A DNA stretch of 64,000 nt from Clostridia bacterium (GTDB taxonomy: Bacteria; Bacillota; Clostridia; Christensenellales; CAG-138), in NCBI GenBank assembly GCA_017394835.1, contig JAFPXD010000003.1:13691-77690 (forward strand), read 5' to 3'. Within the stretch, counting starts at the first letter, position 1; every line of letters begins with the position of its first letter. Positions 62,850-64,000 of the stretch are shown here, piece after piece. Under the pieces are notes generated by a model. The model ran no database searches. It was not told where the DNA came from and was given only the letters and a program-made list of their open reading frames with translations. Both the position numbers and the translations under genes were made by a program.

Positions 62850-63003
62850 TGTATCGAAACAGCCTTTCTGCTATTATTAAGCAATTATAATTGAGTACCA
62901 TTATAGCATACTTTAAGACTGATTTCGACAGCGATAACGCGCCAGAATATGAACTATTTGTTAAAAAAACGGGGCTTTTTTGCTATCTCGCCGAACTTGA
63001 TCG

Positions 63004-63738
63004 TCAATCGCGGCCCTTTCTTCTTACGAACACCACGGCCCTTCTTCCGAACGCCTCCCTTATCCTTTTTCTGAGCCTCGGCATACCGTTTGGGCTGAGA
63101 TCGTAAACGGTAAGCCGTTCCGGCATGAAGCAATCGACGAGCGCCGAAAGCACCCTTTCATCGGATTCGGCACATTCGATGCGGCAGCCCGTATCATCCG
63201 ACAATACGGAGCTTCCGTCCGGCAGGAGGATAAGGCGCATATTCCCCATCCCCTTCGGGCGCGCGCCGGAAAGGAGTGAAACTATCCCGCAAAGCTCCTC
63301 GAGTTCGAGCTTTGCACGCGCGTCAAGCGCCGCATCCGCCGCCGCAAGCGCCCATTCTTCATACAGAGCCGGCATACGGAACCTGATAAGCCCTTCCGGA
63401 ACGAGGATATCGTTTTCATTGAAATGTGAAGTCACGAGCCTTTCCGCGGCTCCGCGTGCGCCGTTGGGGCAGAGCTCTCTCGCCTTCTCCAAAGCGCGTT
63501 CCTCCCTATCCTTCGGGAGGGCGTATATGCTTATAAGGCGCCTCAGCTCCTCATCCCTCAACTTAACGCATATAAATTCCGCTATCACGGAGGCGGCCTT
63601 CCGCTCCTCCCCCTCCTCTTGGAAAAAACTCACGCGTCCTTCCGCGGCTTCCGCCCGTATCCCCGCGGCGTTCAGCTCCTCCGCAAGATCATAAAGAAGC
63701 TGCGCGTGATCCGCGCTCAATACCGATAAGACCTTCAA
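63004..63738 (-). CDS. ytxC: YtxC-like putative sporulation protein
   Basis: The 244-aa protein has an …ILVPEGLIRFRM… block reminiscent of the YtxC family. The start is TTG with GGAGAG 5 nt upstream. The assignment is by recollection of family features only. Confidence 0.5.
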   Translation of the reverse strand: MKVLSVLSADHAQLLYDLAEELNAAGIRAEAAEGRVSFFQEEGEERKAASVIAEFICVKLRDEELRRLISIYALPKDREERALEKARELCPNGARGAAERLVTSHFNENDILVPEGLIRFRMPALYEEWALAAADAALDARAKLELEELCGIVSLLSGARPKGMGNMRLILLPDGSSVLSDDTGCRIECAESDERVLSALVDCFMPERLTVYDLSPNGMPRLRKRIREAFGRRAVVFVRRKGRD

Positions 63739-63796
63739 ATCAACTCTCCAAACAAAGTTCTTAATACTAATATGTGCTTATCGCTCAAAATTGTGA

Positions 63797-63825
63797 TTGA
63801 CAAGTTTTGTATTCGGGTGTATAAT
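63797..63825 (+). promoter_or_regulatory. Consensus promoter driving the rightward leader RNA
   Basis: TTGACA (63797-63802), 17 nt, TATAAT (63820-63825). Confidence 0.7.
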
Positions 63826-63831
63826 TAGTTT

Positions 63832-64000
63832 TAATCGAATATCGGGTCGAACGGGGACAACGCCTTGAGACCGCTCATTTGAAGAGAGCTTCGCCTTGGC
63901 TGTAAGCGAAGCAATGAGCGCTTTGGGATACCGCCTCGGGACCGATCGGAGCCATTCCTCCGTGAAGCGAATGATCGAGTGGGGTTTATCCCAATCGAGG
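63832..64000 (+). promoter_or_regulatory. Probable T-box riboswitch leader (Stem I and start of Stem II; truncated by window end), candidate Thr (ACC) specifier
   Basis: No ORF is present. The nested helices CGCTCATT/AATGAGCG and GCTTCGC/GCGAAGC enclose an AGAGA bulge (TGAAGAGA) and an apical loop CTTGGCTGTAA, which fit the Stem I distal motifs. Helix CGGGG/CCTCG closes a large internal loop whose 3' side ends …GAU-ACC-G. The T-box/antiterminator sequence itself would lie beyond position 64000. Confidence 0.5.

Overview
This 64-kb window is GC-rich chromosomal DNA with strong GC3 codon bias, which produces many long spurious antisense ORFs. The gene content points to a Clostridia-class Firmicute: SCIFF peptide plus maturase, YtxC, RicT/YaaT, the Prp-L27 system, class-3 FBPase, butyrate kinase, and a T-box leader. 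Most of the window is tightly packed housekeeping operons.

Operons on the minus strand:
- lepA-hemW-HAD
- tkt
- glpK, a hypothetical gene, an Ldh_2 oxidoreductase and malic enzyme
- rplU-prp-rpmA
- yajC, a TIGR04086 membrane protein, scfA-scfB, recJ-apt-rel-dtd, an MBL hydrolase and hemZ
- fbp

Operons on the plus strand:
- mreC-mreD-PBP2, a GT2/GtrA fusion and mntP
- buk-pth
- a cobamide nucleotide-loop salvage/remodelling cluster (CbiR-like TIM barrel, cobT, cobU, cobS, a truncated cobU-like gene, cobC), running on into a GNAT-MGMT fusion, a yaaO-like decarboxylase, holB and ricT
- feoA-feoA-feoB plus a Cys-rich mini-protein, with a divergent DtxR-family regulator

I also called one tRNA-Thr(GGU), about a dozen intrinsic terminators, and several near-consensus sigma-70-type promoters.

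I saw no transposase, integrase, CRISPR array, toxin-antitoxin pair or recognisable defence island. I cannot honestly point to a clear, new multi-gene system. The items most worth a second look are:
- a secreted NlpC/P60 hydrolase translationally coupled to a WYL-domain regulator
- the SCIFF ranthipeptide locus, whose precursor has a 7th Cys
- a four-copy 18-bp palindromic operator family in the feo locus, plus a 28-bp tandem repeat nearby
- a DUF1292 protein with a Cys/His-rich tail
- a tandem OB-fold SSB-like protein preceded by an 8-Cys mini-protein
- a P-loop-degenerate CobU paralogue
- a probable Thr T-box leader at the window edge

All functional calls rest on motifs read by eye. No database search was run.
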